From Eledone cirrhosa (Eukaryota), in assembly GCA_964016885.1 (NCBI GenBank), contig OZ024740.1, positions 9,796,001 through 9,860,000 on the forward strand: DNA of 64,000 nucleotides, in the 5' to 3' direction. Every line of letters begins with the position of its first letter. Position 1 is the stretch's first letter. The notes beneath the pieces are model-generated. The model was not told the DNA's origin. It was given only the letters and a program-made list of their open reading frames with translations, and ran no database searches. Of this stretch, positions 35,101 through 49,283 are shown piece by piece. Made by a program: the position numbers and the translations under genes.

Positions 35101-38100
35101 GACCATTGGTCATCTGGTTTAGGCTTGTCACCAGGCTGAGAGGGGGTGCTGGTGGTAGTCTTGTGTTTGATGTGACCACTGGTCATCTGGTTTAGGTTTG
35201 TCACCAGACTGAGAGAGGTGTGCTGGTGGTAGTCTTGTGGTTGATGTGACCACTGGTCATCTGGTTTAGGTTTGTTACCAGACTGAGAGAGGGGTGCTGC
35301 TGGTAGTCTTGTGGTTGATGTGACCACTGGTCATCTGGTTTAGGCTTGTTTACCAGACTGAGAGAGAGTGAGAGAGAGGTACGTGTGGTAGTCTTGTGGT
35401 TGATGTGACCACTGGTCATCTGGTTTAGCTTTGTCACCAGACTGAGAGAGAGGTGCTGGTGGCAGTCTTGTGGTTGATGTGACCTCTGGTCATCTGGTTT
35501 AGGCTTGTCACCAGACTGAGAGAGATGTGCTAGTGGTAGTCTTGTGGTTGATGTGACCACTGGTCATCTGGTTTAGGTTTGTCACCAGACATAGAAAGGG
35601 GTGCTGGTGGTAGTCTTGTGGTTGATGTGACCACTGGTCATCTGGTTTAGGTTTGTCACCAGACTGAGAGAGAGGTGCTGGTGGTTGTCTTGTGGTTGAT
35701 GTGACCACTGGTTATCTGGTTTAGGTTTTTCACCAGACTGAGAGTGGGGTGCTGGTGATAGTCTTGTGGTTGATGTGACCACTGGTCATCTGGTTTAGGC
35801 TCGTCACCAGACTGAGAGAGGGGTGCTGGTGGTAGTCTTGTTTTTGATGTGACCACTGGTCATCTGGTTTAGGCTTGTCGCCAGACTGAGAGAGAGGTTC
35901 TGGTGGTAGTCTTGTGGTTGATGTGACCACTGGTCATCTGGTTTAGGCTTGTCACTAGACTGAGAGAGAGGTGCTGGTGGTTGTCTTGTGGTTGATGTGA
36001 CCTCTGGTCATCTGGTTTAGGTTTTGCACCAGACTGAGAGAGGGTGCTGGTGGTAGTCTTGTGGTTGATGTGACCACTGGTCATCTGGTTTAGGCTTGTC
36101 ACCAGACTGAGAGAGGGGTGCTGGTGGTAGTCTTGTGGTTTATGTGACCACTGGTCATCTTGTCTAGGCTTGTCACCAGACTAAGAGAGGGGTGCTGGTG
36201 GTAGTCTTGCGGTTGATGTGACCACTGGTCATCTTGTTTAGGCTTGGCACCAGGCTGAGAGAGGGGTGCTGGTGGTAGTCGTCTAGTTGATGTGACCACT
36301 GGTCATCTGGTTTAGGTTTGTCACCAGACTGAGAGAGGGGTGCTGGCAGTAGTCTCGGGGTTGATGTGACCACTGGTCATCTGGTTTCGGTTTGTCACCA
36401 GACTGAGAAAGGGGTGCTGGTGGTAGTCTTGTGGTTGATCTGACCTCAGGTCATCTGGCTTAGGTTTGTCACCAGACTGAGAGAGAGGTGCTGGTGGTAG
36501 TCTTGTGGTTGATCTGACCTCAGGTCATCTGGCTTTGATTTGTTACCAGACTGAGAAAGGGGTGCTGGTGGTAGTCTTGTGGTTGATGTGACCTCTGGTC
36601 ATCTGGCTTAGTCTTGTCACCAGACTGAGAGAGAGGTGCTGGTGGTAGTCTTGTCATTGGTCTGACAACTGGTCATCTGGTTTAGGTTTGTCACCAGACT
36701 GAGAAAGGGGTGCTGCTAGTAGTCTTGTGGTTGATGTGACCACTGGTCATCTGGTTTAGGTTTGTTACACGACTGAGACAGAGAGTGGTGCTGGTGGTAG
36801 TCTTGTGGTTGATGTGACCACTGGTCATCTGGTTTAGGTTTGTCACCAGACTGAGACAGGGGTGCTGGTGGTAGTCTTGTGGTTGATATGACCTCTGGTC
36901 ATCTGGCTTAGGCTTGTCACCAGACTGAGAGAGGGGTGCTGGTGGTAGTCTTGTGGTTGACGTGACCACTGGTCATCTGGTTTAGGCTTGTCACCAGACT
37001 GAGAGAGAGGTGCTGGTGGTAGTCTTGTGGTTGATGTGACCACTGGTCATCTGGTTTAGGCTTGTCACCAGACTGAGAGAGGTGTGCTGGTGGTAGTCTT
37101 GTGGTTGATGTGACCACTGGTCATCTGGTTTAGACTTGTCACCAGACTGAGAGAGGGGTGCTGGTGGTTGTCTTGTGGTTGATGGAACCACTGGTCATCT
37201 GGTTTAGGCTTGTCACCAGACTGAGAGAGATGTATTGGTGGTAGTCTTGTGGTTGATGTGACCACTGGTCATCTTTTTTAGGCTTGTCACCAGACTGAGA
37301 GAGAGGTGCTGGTGATAGTCTTGAGGTTGATGTGACCACTGGTCATCTGGTTTAGGCTTGTCACCAGACTGAGAGAGAGGTGCTGGTGGTAGTCTTGCGG
37401 TTGATGTGACCACTGGTCATCTGGCTTATGCTTGTCACCAGACTGAGAGAGAGGTGCTGGTGGTAGTCGTGTGGTTGATGTGACCACTGTTCATCTGGTT
37501 TAGGCTTGTCACCAGACTGAGAGAGAGGTGCTGGTGGTAGTCGTGTGGTTGATGTGACCACTAGTCATCTGGTTTAGGCTTGTCACCAGACTGAGAGAGG
37601 GGTGCTGGTGATAGTCTTGTGGTTGATGTGACCATTGGTCATCTGGTTTAGGCTTGTCACCAGACTGAGAGAGGGGTGCTGGTGGTAGTCGTGTGGTTGA
37701 TGTGACCACTGGTAATCTGGTTTAGGCTAGTCACCAGACTGAGAGAGAGGTATTGGTGGTAGTCTTGTGGTTGATGTGACCACTGGTCATCTGGTTTAGG
37801 CTTGTCACCAGACTGAGAGAGAGGTGCTGGTGGTAGTCGTGTGGTTGATGTGACCACTGGTAATCTGGTTTAGGCTTGTCACCAGACTGAGAGAGAGGTA
37901 TTGGTGGTAGTCTTGTGGTTGATGTGACCACTGGTCATCTGGTTTAGGCTTGTCACCAGACTGAGAGAGAGGTGCTGGTGGTAGTCGTGTGGTTGATGTG
38001 ACCACTGGTCATCTGGCTTAGGCTTGTCACCAGACTGAGAGAGAGGTGCTGGTGGTAGTCGTGTGGTTGATGTGACCACTGGTCATCTGGCTTAGGCTTG

Positions 38101-41100
38101 TCACCAGACTGAGAGAGAGGTGCTGGTGGTAGTCTTGTGGTTGATGTGACCACTGGTCATCTGGTTTAGGTTTGTCACCATACTGAGAGAGGGGTGCTTG
38201 TGGTAGTCTTGTGGTTGATGTGACCACTGGTCATCTGGTTTAGGTTCGTCACCATACTGAGAGAGGGGTGCTGGTGGTAGTCTTGTGGTTGATGTGACCA
38301 CTGGTCATCTGGTTTAGGTTTGTCACCAGACTGAGAGAGGGGTGCTGGTGGTAGTCGTGTGGTTGATGTAACCACTGGTCATCTGGTTTAGGTTTGTCAC
38401 CACACTGAGAGAGGGGTGCTGGTGGTAGTCTTGTGGTTGATGTGACCACTGGTCATCTGGTGTAGGTTTGTCACCAGACTGAGAGAGGGGTGCTGGTGAT
38501 AGTCTTGTGGTTGATGTGACCACTGGTCATCTGGTTTAGGTTTGTTACCAGACTGAGAGAGAGGTGCTGGTGGTAGTATTGTGGTTGATGTGACCACTGG
38601 TCATCTGGTTTAGGCTTGTCACCAGACTGAAGGAGGGCTGCTGGTGGTAGTCTTGTGGTTGATGTGACCACTGGTCATCTGGTTTAGGCTTGTCACCAGA
38701 CTGAGAGAGGGTTTCTGGTGGTAGTCTTGTGGTTGATGTGACCACTGGTCATCTGGTTTAGGCTTGTCACCAGACTGAGAGAGAGGTGCTGGTGGTTGTC
38801 TTGTGGTTGATGTGACCTCTGATCATCTGGTTTAGGTTTTGCCCCAGACTGAGAGTGGGGTGCTGGTGGTAGTCTTGTGGTTTATGTGACCACTGGTCAT
38901 CTGGTTTAGGCTTGTCACCAGACTGAGAGAGGGTGCTGGTGATAGTCTTGTGGTTGATGTGACCACTGGTCATCTGGTTTAGGCTTGTCACCAGACTGAG
39001 AGAGGGTGCTGGTGGTAGTCTTGTGGTTGATGTGACCACTGGTCATCTGGTTTAGGCTTGTCACCAGACTGAGAGAGGGGTGCTGGTGGTAGTCTTGTGG
39101 TTTATGTGACCACTGGTCATCTGGTTTAGACTTGTCACCAGACTGAGAGAGGGGTGCTAGTGGTAGTCTTGTGGTTGATGTGACCACTGGTCATCTGGTT
39201 TAGGTTTGTCACCAGACTGAGAGAGGGGTGGTGGTGGTGGTCTTGTGGTTGATGTGACCACTGGTCATCTGGTTTAGGTTTGTCACCAGACTGAGAGAGG
39301 GGTGCTGGTGGTAGTCTTGTGTTTGATGTGACCACTGGTCATTTGGTTTAGGTTTGTCACCAGACTGAGGGGTGCTGGTGGTAGTCTTGTGGTTGATGTG
39401 ACCACTGGTCATCTGGTTTAGGCTTGTCACCAGACTGAGAGAGGGGTGCTGGTGGTAGTCTTGTGGTTGATGTAACCACTGGTCATCTGGTTTAGGTTTG
39501 TCACCAGACTGAGAAAGGGGTGCTGGTGGTAGTCTTGTGGTTGATGTGACCACTGGTCATCTGGTTTAGGCTTGTCACCAGACTGAGAGTGGGGTGCTGG
39601 TGGTAGTCTTGTGGTTGATGTGACCTCTGGTCATCTGGTTTAGGCTTGTCACCAGACTGAGAGAGAGGTGCTGGTGGTAGTCTTGAGGTTGATGTGACCA
39701 CTGGTGTTCTGGTTTAGGTTTGTCACCAGACTGAGAAAGGGGTGCTGGTGGTAGTCTTGTGGTTGATGTGACCACTGGTCATCTGGTTTAGGCTTGTCAC
39801 CAGACTGAGAGAGGGGTGCTGGTGGTAGTCGTGTGGTTGATGTGACCACTGGTCATCTGGTTTAGGCTTGTCACCAGACAGAGAGAGAGGTGCTGGTGGT
39901 TGTCTTGTGGTTGATGTGACCTCTGGTCATCTTGTCTAGGCTTGTCACCAGACTAAGAGAGGGGTGCTGGTGGTAGTCTTGTGGTTGATGTGACCACTGG
40001 TCATCTGGTTTAGGTTTGTCACCAGACTGAGAAAGGAGTGCTGGTGGTAGTCTTGTGGTTGATGTGACCACTGGTCATCTGGTTTAGGCTTGTCACCAGA
40101 CAGAGAGAGAGGTGCTGGTGGTTGTCTTGTGGTTGATGTGACCTCTGGTCATCTGGTTTAGGCTTCTCACCAGACTGAGAGAGAGGTGCTGGTGGTAGTC
40201 TTGTGGTTGATGTGACCACTGGTGTTCTGGTTTAGGTCTGTCACCAGACTGAGAAAGGGGTGCTGGTGGTAGTCTTGTGGTTGATGTGACCACTGGTCAT
40301 CTGGTTTAGGTTTTTCACCAGACTGAGAGAGGGGTGCTGGTGGTAGTCTTGTGGTTGATGTGACCACTGGTCATCTGGTTTAGGCTTGTCACCAGACTGA
40401 GAGAGAGGTGCTGGTGGTAGTCTTATGGTTGATGTGACCACTGGTCATCTGGTTTAGGCTTGTCACCAGACTGAGAGAGGGGTGCTGGTGGTAGTCGTGT
40501 GGTTGATGTGACCACTGGTCATCTGGTTTAGGTTTTTCACCAGACTGAGAGAGGGGTGCTGGTGGTAGTCTTGTGGTTGATGTGACCACTGGTCATCTGG
40601 TTTAGGCTTGTCACCAGACTGAGAGAGAGGTGCTGGTGGTAGTCTTATGGTTGATGTGACCACTGGTCATCTGGTTTAGGCTTGTCACCAGACTGAGAGA
40701 GGGGTGCTGGTGGTAGTCGTGTGGTTGATGTGACCACTGGTCATCTGGTTTAGGTTTTTCACCAGACTGAGAGAGGGGTGCTGGTGGTAGTCTTGTGGTT
40801 GATGTGACCACTGGTCATCTGGTTTAGGCTTGTCACCAGACTGAGAGAGGGGTGCTGGTGGTAGTCTTGTGGTTGATGTGACCACTGGTCATCTGGTTTA
40901 GGTTTTTCACCAGACTGAGAGAGGGGTGCTGGTGGTAGTCTTATGGTTGATGTGACCACTGGTCATCTGGTTTAGGCTTGTCACCAGACTGAGAGAGGGG
41001 TGCTGGTGGTAGTCTTGTGGTTGATGTGACCACTGGTCATCTGGTTTAGGTTTGTCACCAGACTGAGAAAGGAGTGCTGGTGGTAGTCTTGTGGTTGATG

Positions 41101-44100
41101 TGACCATTGGTCATCTGGTTTAGGCTTGTCACCAGGCTGAGAGGGGGTGCTGGTGGTAGTCTTGTGTTTGATGTGACCACTGGTCATCTGGTTTAGGTTT
41201 GTCACCAGACTGAGAGAGGTGTGCTGGTGGTAGTCTTGTGGTTGATGTGACCACTGGTCATCTGGTTTAGGTTTGTTACCAGACTGAGAGAGGGGTGCTG
41301 CTGGTAGTCTTGTGGTTGATGTGACCACTGGTCATCTGGTTTAGGCTTGTTTACCAGACTGAGAGAGAGTGAGAGAGAGGTACGTGTGGTAGTCTTGTGG
41401 TTGATGTGACCACTGGTCATCTGGTTTAGCTTTGTCACCAGACTGAGAGAGAGGTGCTGGTGGCAGTCTTGTGGTTGATGTGACCTCTGGTCATCTGGTT
41501 TAGGCTTGTCACCAGACTGAGAGAGATGTGCTAGTGGTAGTCTTGTGGTTGATGTGACCACTGGTCATCTGGTTTAGGTTTGTCACCAGACATAGAAAGG
41601 GGTGCTGGTGGTAGTCTTGTGGTTGATGTGACCACTGGTCATCTGGTTTAGGTTTGTCACCAGACTGAGAGAGAGGTGCTGGTGGTTGTCTTGTGGTTGA
41701 TGTGACCACTGGTTATCTGGTTTAGGTTTTTCACCAGACTGAGAGTGGGGTGCTGGTGATAGTCTTGTGGTTGATGTGACCACTGGTCATCTGGTTTAGG
41801 CTCGTCACCAGACTGAGAGAGGGGTGCTGGTGGTAGTCTTGTTTTTGATGTGACCACTGGTCATCTGGTTTAGGCTTGTCGCCAGACTGAGAGAGGGGTT
41901 CTGGTGGTAGTCTTGTGGTTGATGTGACCACTGGTCATCTGGTTTAGGCTTGTCACTAGACTGAGAGAGAGGTGCTGGTGGTTGTCTTGTGGTTGATGTG
42001 ACCTCTGGTCATCTGGTTTAGGTTTTGCACCAGACTGAGAGAGGGTGCTGGTGGTAGTCTTGTGGTTGATGTGACCACTGGTCATCTGGTTTAGGCTTGT
42101 CACCAGACTGAGAGAGGGGTGCTGGTGGTAGTCTTGTGGTTTATGTGACCACTGGTCATCTTGTCTAGGCTTGTCACCAGACTAAGAGAGGGGTGCTGGT
42201 GGTAGTCTTGCGGTTGATGTGACCACTGGTCATCTTGTTTAGGCTTGGCACCAGGCTGAGAGAGGGGTGCTGGTGGTAGTCGTCTAGTTGATGTGACCAC
42301 TGGTCATCTGGTTTAGGTTTGTCACCAGACTGAGAGAGGGGTGCTGGCAGTAGTCTCGGGGTTGATGTGACCACTGGTCATCTGGTTTCGGTTTGTCACC
42401 AGACTGAGAAAGGGGTGCTGGTGGTAGTCTTGTGGTTGATCTGACCTCAGGTCATCTGGCTTAGGTTTGTCACCAGACTGAGAGAGAGGTGCTGGTGGTA
42501 GTCTTGTGGTTGATCTGACCTCAGGTCATCTGGCTTTGATTTGTTACCAGACTGAGAAAGGGGTGCTGGTGGTAGTCTTGTGGTTGATGTGACCTCTGGT
42601 CATCTGGCTTAGTCTTGTCACCAGACTGAGAGAGAGGTGCTGGTGGTAGTCTTGTCATTGGTCTGACAACTGGTCATCTGGTTTAGGTTTGTCACCAGAC
42701 TGAGAAAGGGGTGCTGCTAGTAGTCTTGTGGTTGATGTGACCACTGGTCATCTGGTTTAGGTTTGTTACCAGACTGAGACAGAGAGTGGTGCTGGTGGTA
42801 GTCTTGTGGTTGATGTGACCACTGGTCATCTGGTTTAGGTTTGTCACCAGACTGAGACAGGGGTGCTGGTGGTAGTCTTGTGGTTGATATGACCTCTGGT
42901 CATCTGGCTTAGGCTTGTCACCAGACTGAGAGAGGGGTGCTGGTGGTAGTCTTGTGGTTGACGTGACCACTGGTCATCTGGTTTAGGCTTGTCACCAGAC
43001 TGAGAGAGAGGTGCTGGTGGTAGTCTTGTGGTTGATGTGACCACTGGTCATCTGGTTTAGGCTTGTCACCAGACTGAGAGAGGTGTGCTGGTGGTAGTCT
43101 TGTGGTTGATGTGACCACTGGTCATCTGGTTTAGACTTGTCACCAGACTGAGAGAGGGGTGCTGGTGGTTGTCTTGTGGTTGATGGAACCACTGGTCATC
43201 TGGTTTAGGCTTGTCACCAGACTGAGAGAGATGTATTGGTGGTAGTCTTGTGGTTGATGTGACCACTGGTCATCTTTTTTAGGCTTGTCACCAGACTGAG
43301 AGAGAGGTGCTGGTGATAGTCTTGAGGTTGATGTGACCACTGGTCATCTGGTTTAGGCTTGTCACCAGACTGAGAGAGAGGTGCTGGTGGTAGTCTTGCG
43401 GTTGATGTGACCACTGGTCATCTGGCTTATGCTTGTCACCAGACTGAGAGAGAGGTGCTGGTGGTAGTCGTGTGGTTGATGTGACCACTGTTCATCTGGT
43501 TTAGGCTTGTCACCAGACTGAGAGAGAGGTGCTGGTGGTAGTCGTGTGGTTGATGTGACCACTAGTCATCTGGTTTAGGCTTGTCACCAGACTGAGAGAG
43601 GGGTGCTGGTGATAGTCTTGTGGTTGATGTGACCATTGGTCATCTGGTTTAGGCTTGTCACCAGACTGAGAGAGGGGTGCTGGTGGTAGTCGTGTGGTTG
43701 ATGTGACCACTGGTAATCTGGTTTAGGCTAGTCACCAGACTGAGAGAGAGGTATTGGTGGTAGTCTTGTGGTTGATGTGACCACTGGTCATCTGGTTTAG
43801 GCTTGTCACCAGACTGAGAGAGAGGTGCTGGTGGTAGTCGTGTGGTTGATGTGACCACTGGTAATCTGGTTTAGGCTTGTCACCAGACTGAGAGAGAGGT
43901 ATTGGTGGTAGTCTTGTGGTTGATGTGACCACTGGTCATCTGGTTTAGGCTTGTCACCAGACTGAGAGAGAGGTGCTGGTGGTAGTCGTGTGGTTGATGT
44001 GACCACTGGTCATCTGGCTTAGGCTTGTCACCAGACTGAGAGAGAGGTGCTGGTGGTAGTCGTGTGGTTGATGTGACCACTGGTCATCTGGCTTAGGCTT

Positions 44101-44171
44101 GTCACCAGACTGAGAGAGAGGTGCTGGTGGTAGTCTTGTGGTTGATGTGACCACTGGTCATCTGGTTTAGG
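32128..44171. repeat. Tandem duplication of a 6001-bp (81-monomer) unit
   Basis: ORFs from 32174 to 37953 recur at +6001, including all indel monomers. Differences seen only at 35895/41896 and 36769-70/42770-71. Confidence 0.95.
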
Positions 44172-46506
44172 CTTGTCACCAGACTGAGAGAGAGGGGTGC
44201 TGGTGGTAGTCGTGTGATTGATGTGACCACTGGTCATCTGGTTTAGGCTTGTCACCAGACTGAGAGAGAGGTGCTGGAGGTAGTCGTGTGGTTGATGTGA
44301 CCACTGGTCATCTGGTTTAGGCTTGTCACCAGACTGAGAGAGGGGTGCTGGTGATAGTCTTGTGGTTGATGTGACCACTGGTCATCTGGTTTAGGCTTGT
44401 CACCAGACTGAGAGAGAGGTGCTGGTGGTAGTATTGTGGTTGATGTGACCACTGGTCATCTGGTTTAGGCTTGTCACCAGACTGAGAGAGGGATACTGGT
44501 GGTAGTCTTGTGGTTGATGTGACCTCTGGTCATCTGGTTTAGGCTTGTCACCAGACTGAGAGAGGGTTACTCGTGGTAGTCTTGTGGTTGGTGTGACCTC
44601 TGGTCATCTAGTTTAGGCTTGTCACCAGACTGAGAGAGGGGTGCTGGTGGTAGTCTTGCGGTTGATGTGACCACTGGTCATCTAGTCTAGGTTTGTCACC
44701 AGACTGAGAGAGAGGTGCTGGTGGTAGTCGTGTGGTTGATGTGACCACTGGTCATCTGGTTTAGGCTTGTCACCAGACTGAGAGAGGGTTACTGGTGGTA
44801 GTCTTGTGGTTGATGTGACCTCTGGTCATCAGGTTTAGGCTTGTCACCAGACTGAGAGAGGGTTACTGGTGGTAGTCTTGTGGTTGGTGTGACCTCTGGT
44901 CATCTGGTTTAGGCTTGTCACCAGACTGAGAGAGGGGTGCTGGTGGTAGTCTTGCGGTTGATGTGACCACTGGTCATCTAGTCTAGGTTTGTCACCAGAC
45001 TGAGGGAGAGGTGCTGGTGGTAGTCGTGTGGTTGATGTGACCACTGGTCATCTGGTTTAGGCTTGTCATCAGACTGAGAGAGAGGTGCTGGTGGTAGTTG
45101 TGTGGTTGATGTGACTACTGGTCATCTGGTTTAGGCTTGTCACCAGACTGAGAGAGGGTTACTGGTGGTAGTCTTGTGGTTGATGTGACCTCTGGTCATC
45201 TGGTTTAGGCTTGTCACCAGACTGAGAGAGGGTTACTGGTGGTAGTCTTGTGGTTGATGTGACCACTGGTCATCTGGTTTAGGCTTGTCACCAGACTGAG
45301 AGAGGGGTGCTGGTGGTAGTATTGTGGTTGACGTGACCACTGGTCATCTGGTTTAGGCTTGTCACCAGACTGAGAGAGGGGTGCTGGTGGTAGTATTGTG
45401 GTTGACGTGACCACTGGTCATCTGGTTTAGGCTTGTCACCAGATTGAGAGAGGGGCGCTGGTGGTAGTATTGTGGTTGACGTGACCACTGGTCATCTGGT
45501 TTAGGCTTGCCACCAGACTGAGAGAGGGGTGCTGGTGGTAGTCGTGTGGTTGATGTGACCACTGGTCATCTGGTTTAGGCTTGTCACCAGACTGAGAGAG
45601 GGGTGCTGGTGGTAGTCTTGTGGTTGATGTGACCACTGGTCATCTGGTTTAGGTTTGTCACCAGACTGAGAGAGAGAGGGGTGCTGGTGGTAGTCTTGTG
45701 GTTGATGTGACCTCTGGTCATCTGGTTTAGGCTTGTCACCAGACTGAGAGAGAGGTGCTGGTGGTGGTCGTGTGGTTGATGTGACCACTGGTCATCTGGT
45801 TTAGGCTTGTCACCAGACTGAGAGAGGGGTGCTGGTGGTAGTCTTGCGGTTGATGTGACGACTGGTCATCTGGTTTAGGCTTGTCACCAGACTGAGAGAG
45901 AGGTGCTGGGAGTAGTCTTGTGGTTGATGTGACCACTGGTCATCTAGTCTAGGTTTGTCACCAGACTGAGAGAGAGGTGCTGGGAGTAGTCTTGTGGTTG
46001 ATGTGACCACTGGTCATCTGGTTTAGGCTTGTCACCAGACTGAGAGAGGCGTGCTGGTGGTAGTCTTGTGGTTGATGTGACCACTGGTTATCTGGTTTAG
46101 GCTTGTCACCAGACTGAGAGAGGGGTGCTGGTGGTAGTCTTGTGGTTGATGTGACCACTGGTCATCTGGTTTAGGTTTGTCACCAGACTGAGAGAGGGGT
46201 GCTGGTGGTAGTCTTGTGGTTGATGTGACCACTGGTCATCTGGTTTAAGCTTGTTACCAGACTGAGAGTGGGGTGCTGGTGGTAGTCTTGTGGTTGATGT
46301 GACCACTGGTCATCTGGTTTAGGCTTGTCACCAGACTGAGAGAGGTGTGCTGGTGGTAGTCTTGTGGTTGATGTGACCACTGGTCATCTGGTTTAGGCTT
46401 GTCACCAGACTGAGAGAGGGGTGCTGGTGGTTGTCTTGTGGTTGATGGGACCACTGGTCATCTTTTTTAGGCTTGTCACCAGACTGAGAGAGAGGTGCTG
46501 GTGATA

Positions 46507-49283
46507 GTCTTGTGGTTGATGTGACCACTGGTCATCTGGTTTAGGCTTGTCACCAGACTGAGAGAGAGGTGCTGGTGGTAGTCTTGCGGTTGATGTGACC
46601 ACTGGTCATATGGTTTAGGCTTGTCACCAGACTGAGAGAGGGGTGCTGGTGATAGTCTTGTGGTTGATGTGACCATTGGTCATCTGGTTTAGGCTTGTCA
46701 CCAGACTGAGAGAGAGGTGCTGGTGGTAGTCTTGTGGTTGATGTGACCACTGGTCATCTGGTTTAGGTTTGTTACCAGACTGAGAGAGGGGTGCTGCTGG
46801 TAGTCTTGTGGTTGATGTGACCACTGGTCATCTGGTTTAGGCTTGTCACCAGACAGAGAGACAGGTGCTGGTGGTTGTCTTGTGGTTGATGTGACCTCTG
46901 GTCATCTGGTTTAGGCTTGTCACCAGACTGAGAGAGAGGTGCTGGTGGTAGTCTTGTGGTTGATGTGACCACTGGTGTTCTGGTTTAGGTTTGTCACCAG
47001 ACTGAGAAAGGGGTGCTGGTGGTAGTCTTGTGGTTGATGTGACCACTGGTCATCTGGTTTAGGTTTGTCACCAGGCTGAGAGAGGGGTGCTGGTGGTAGT
47101 CTTGTGTTTGATGTGATCACTGGTCATCTGGTTTAGGTTTGTCACCAGACTGAGAGAGGGGTGCTGGTGGTAGTCTTGTGGTTGATGTGACCACTGGTCA
47201 TCTGGTTTAGGCTTGCCACCAGACTGAGAGAGGGGTGCTGGTGGTAGTCTTGTGGTTGATGTGACCACTGGTCATCTGGTTTAAGTTTGTCACCAGACTG
47301 AGAAAGGGGTGCTGGTGGTAGTCTTGTGGTTGATGTGACCACTGGTCATCTGGTTTAGGCTTGTCACCAGACTGAGAGTGGGGTGCTGGTGGTAGTCTTG
47401 TGGTTGATGTGACCACTGGTCATCTGGTCTAGGTTTGTCACCACACTGAGAGAGAGGTGCTGGTGGTAGTCTTGTGGTTGATGTGACCACTGGTCATCTG
47501 GTTTAGGCTTGTCACCAGACTGAGAGAGGGGTGCTTGTGGTAGTCTTGTGGTTGATGTGACCACTGGTCATCTGGTTTAGGTTTGTCACCGGACTGAGAG
47601 AGGTGTGCTGGTGGTAGTCTTGTGGTTGATGTGACCACTGGTCATCTGGTTTAGGTTTGTTACCAGACTGAGAGAGGGGTGCTGCTGGTAGTCTTGTGGT
47701 TGATGTGACCACTGGTCATCTGGTTTAGGCTTGTCACCAGACTGAGAGAGAGGTGCGTGTGGTAGTCTTGTGGTTGATGTGACCACTGGTCATCTGGTTT
47801 AGCTTTGTCACCAGACTGAGAGAGAGGTGCTGGTGGCAGTCTTGTGGTTGATGTGACCACTGGTCATCTGGTTTAGGCTTGTCACCAGACTGAGAGAGAG
47901 GTGCTGGTGGTTGTCTTGTGGTTGATGTGACCACTGGTCATCTGGTTTAGGCTTGTCACCAGACTGAGAGAGAGGTGCTGGTGGTAGTCTTGCGGTTGAT
48001 GTGACCACTGGTCATATGGTTTAGGCTTGTCACCAGACTGAGAGAGGGGTGCTGGTGATAGTCTTGTGGTTGATGTGACCATTGGTCATCTGGTTTAGGC
48101 TTGTCACCAGACTGAGAGAGAGGTGCTGGTGGTAGTCTTGTGGTTGATGTGACCACTGGTCATCTGGTTTAGGTTTGTTACCAGACTGAGAGAGGGGTGC
48201 TGCTGGTAGTCTTGTGGTTGATGTGACCACTGGTCATCTGGTTTAGGCTTGTCACCAGACAGAGAGACAGGTGCTGGTGGTTGTCTTGTGGTTGATGTGA
48301 CCTCTGGTCATCTGGTTTAGGCTTGTCACCAGACTGAGAGAGAGGTGCTGGTGGTAGTCTTGTGGTTGATGTGACCACTGGTGTTCTGGTTTAGGTTTGT
48401 CACCAGACTGAGAAATGGGTGCTGGTGGTAGTCTTGTGGTTGATGTGACCACTGGTCATCTGGTTTAGGTTTGTCACCAGGCTGAGAGAGGGGTGCTGGT
48501 GGTAGTCTTGTGTTTGATGTGACCACTGGTCATCTGGTTTAGGTTTGTCACCAGACTGAGAGAGGGGTGCTGGTGGTAGTCTTGTGGTTGATGTGACCAC
48601 TGGTCATCTGGTTTAGGCTTGCCACCAGACTGAGAGAGGGGTGCTGGTGGTAGTCTTGTGGTTGATGTGACCACTGGTCATCTGGTTTAGGTTTGTCACC
48701 AGACTGAGAAAGGGGTGCTGGTGGTAGTCTTGTGGTTGATGTGACCACTGGTCATCTGGTTTAGGCTTGTCACCAGACTGAGAGTGGGGTGCTGGTGGTT
48801 GTCTTGTGGTTGATGTGACCACTGGTCATCTGGTCTAGGTTTGTCACCACACTGAGAGAGAGGTGCTGGTGGTAGTCTTGTGGTTGATGTGACCACTGGT
48901 CATCTGGTTTAGGTTTGTCACCGGACTGAGAGAGGTGTGCTGGTGGTAGTCTTGTGGTTGATGTGACCACTGGTCATCTGGTTTAGGTTTGTTACCAGAC
49001 TGAGAGAGGGGTGCTGCTGGTAGTCTTGTGGTTGATGTGACCACTGGTCATCTGGTTTAGGCTTGTCACCAGACTGAGAGAGAGGTGCGTGTGGTAGTCT
49101 TGTGGTTGATGTGACCACTGGTCATCTGGTTTAGCTTTGTCACCAGACTGAGAGAGAGGTGCTGGTGGCAGTCTTGTGGTTGATGTGACCACTGGTCATC
49201 TGGTTTAGGCTTGTCACCAGACTGAGAGAGAGGTGCTGGTGGTTGTCTTGTGGTTGATGTGACCACTGGTCATCTGGTTTAGG
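46507..49283. repeat. Tandem duplication of a 19-monomer unit (1406 bp; second copy one monomer shorter)
   Basis: ORF pairs 46550/47956, 46772/48178, 47290/48696 (+1406), then 47512/48844 and 47734/49066 (+1332). Shared AGACAGAGAGACAGG, GGTGCGTGTGG and TTAGCTTTG. Confidence 0.88.
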
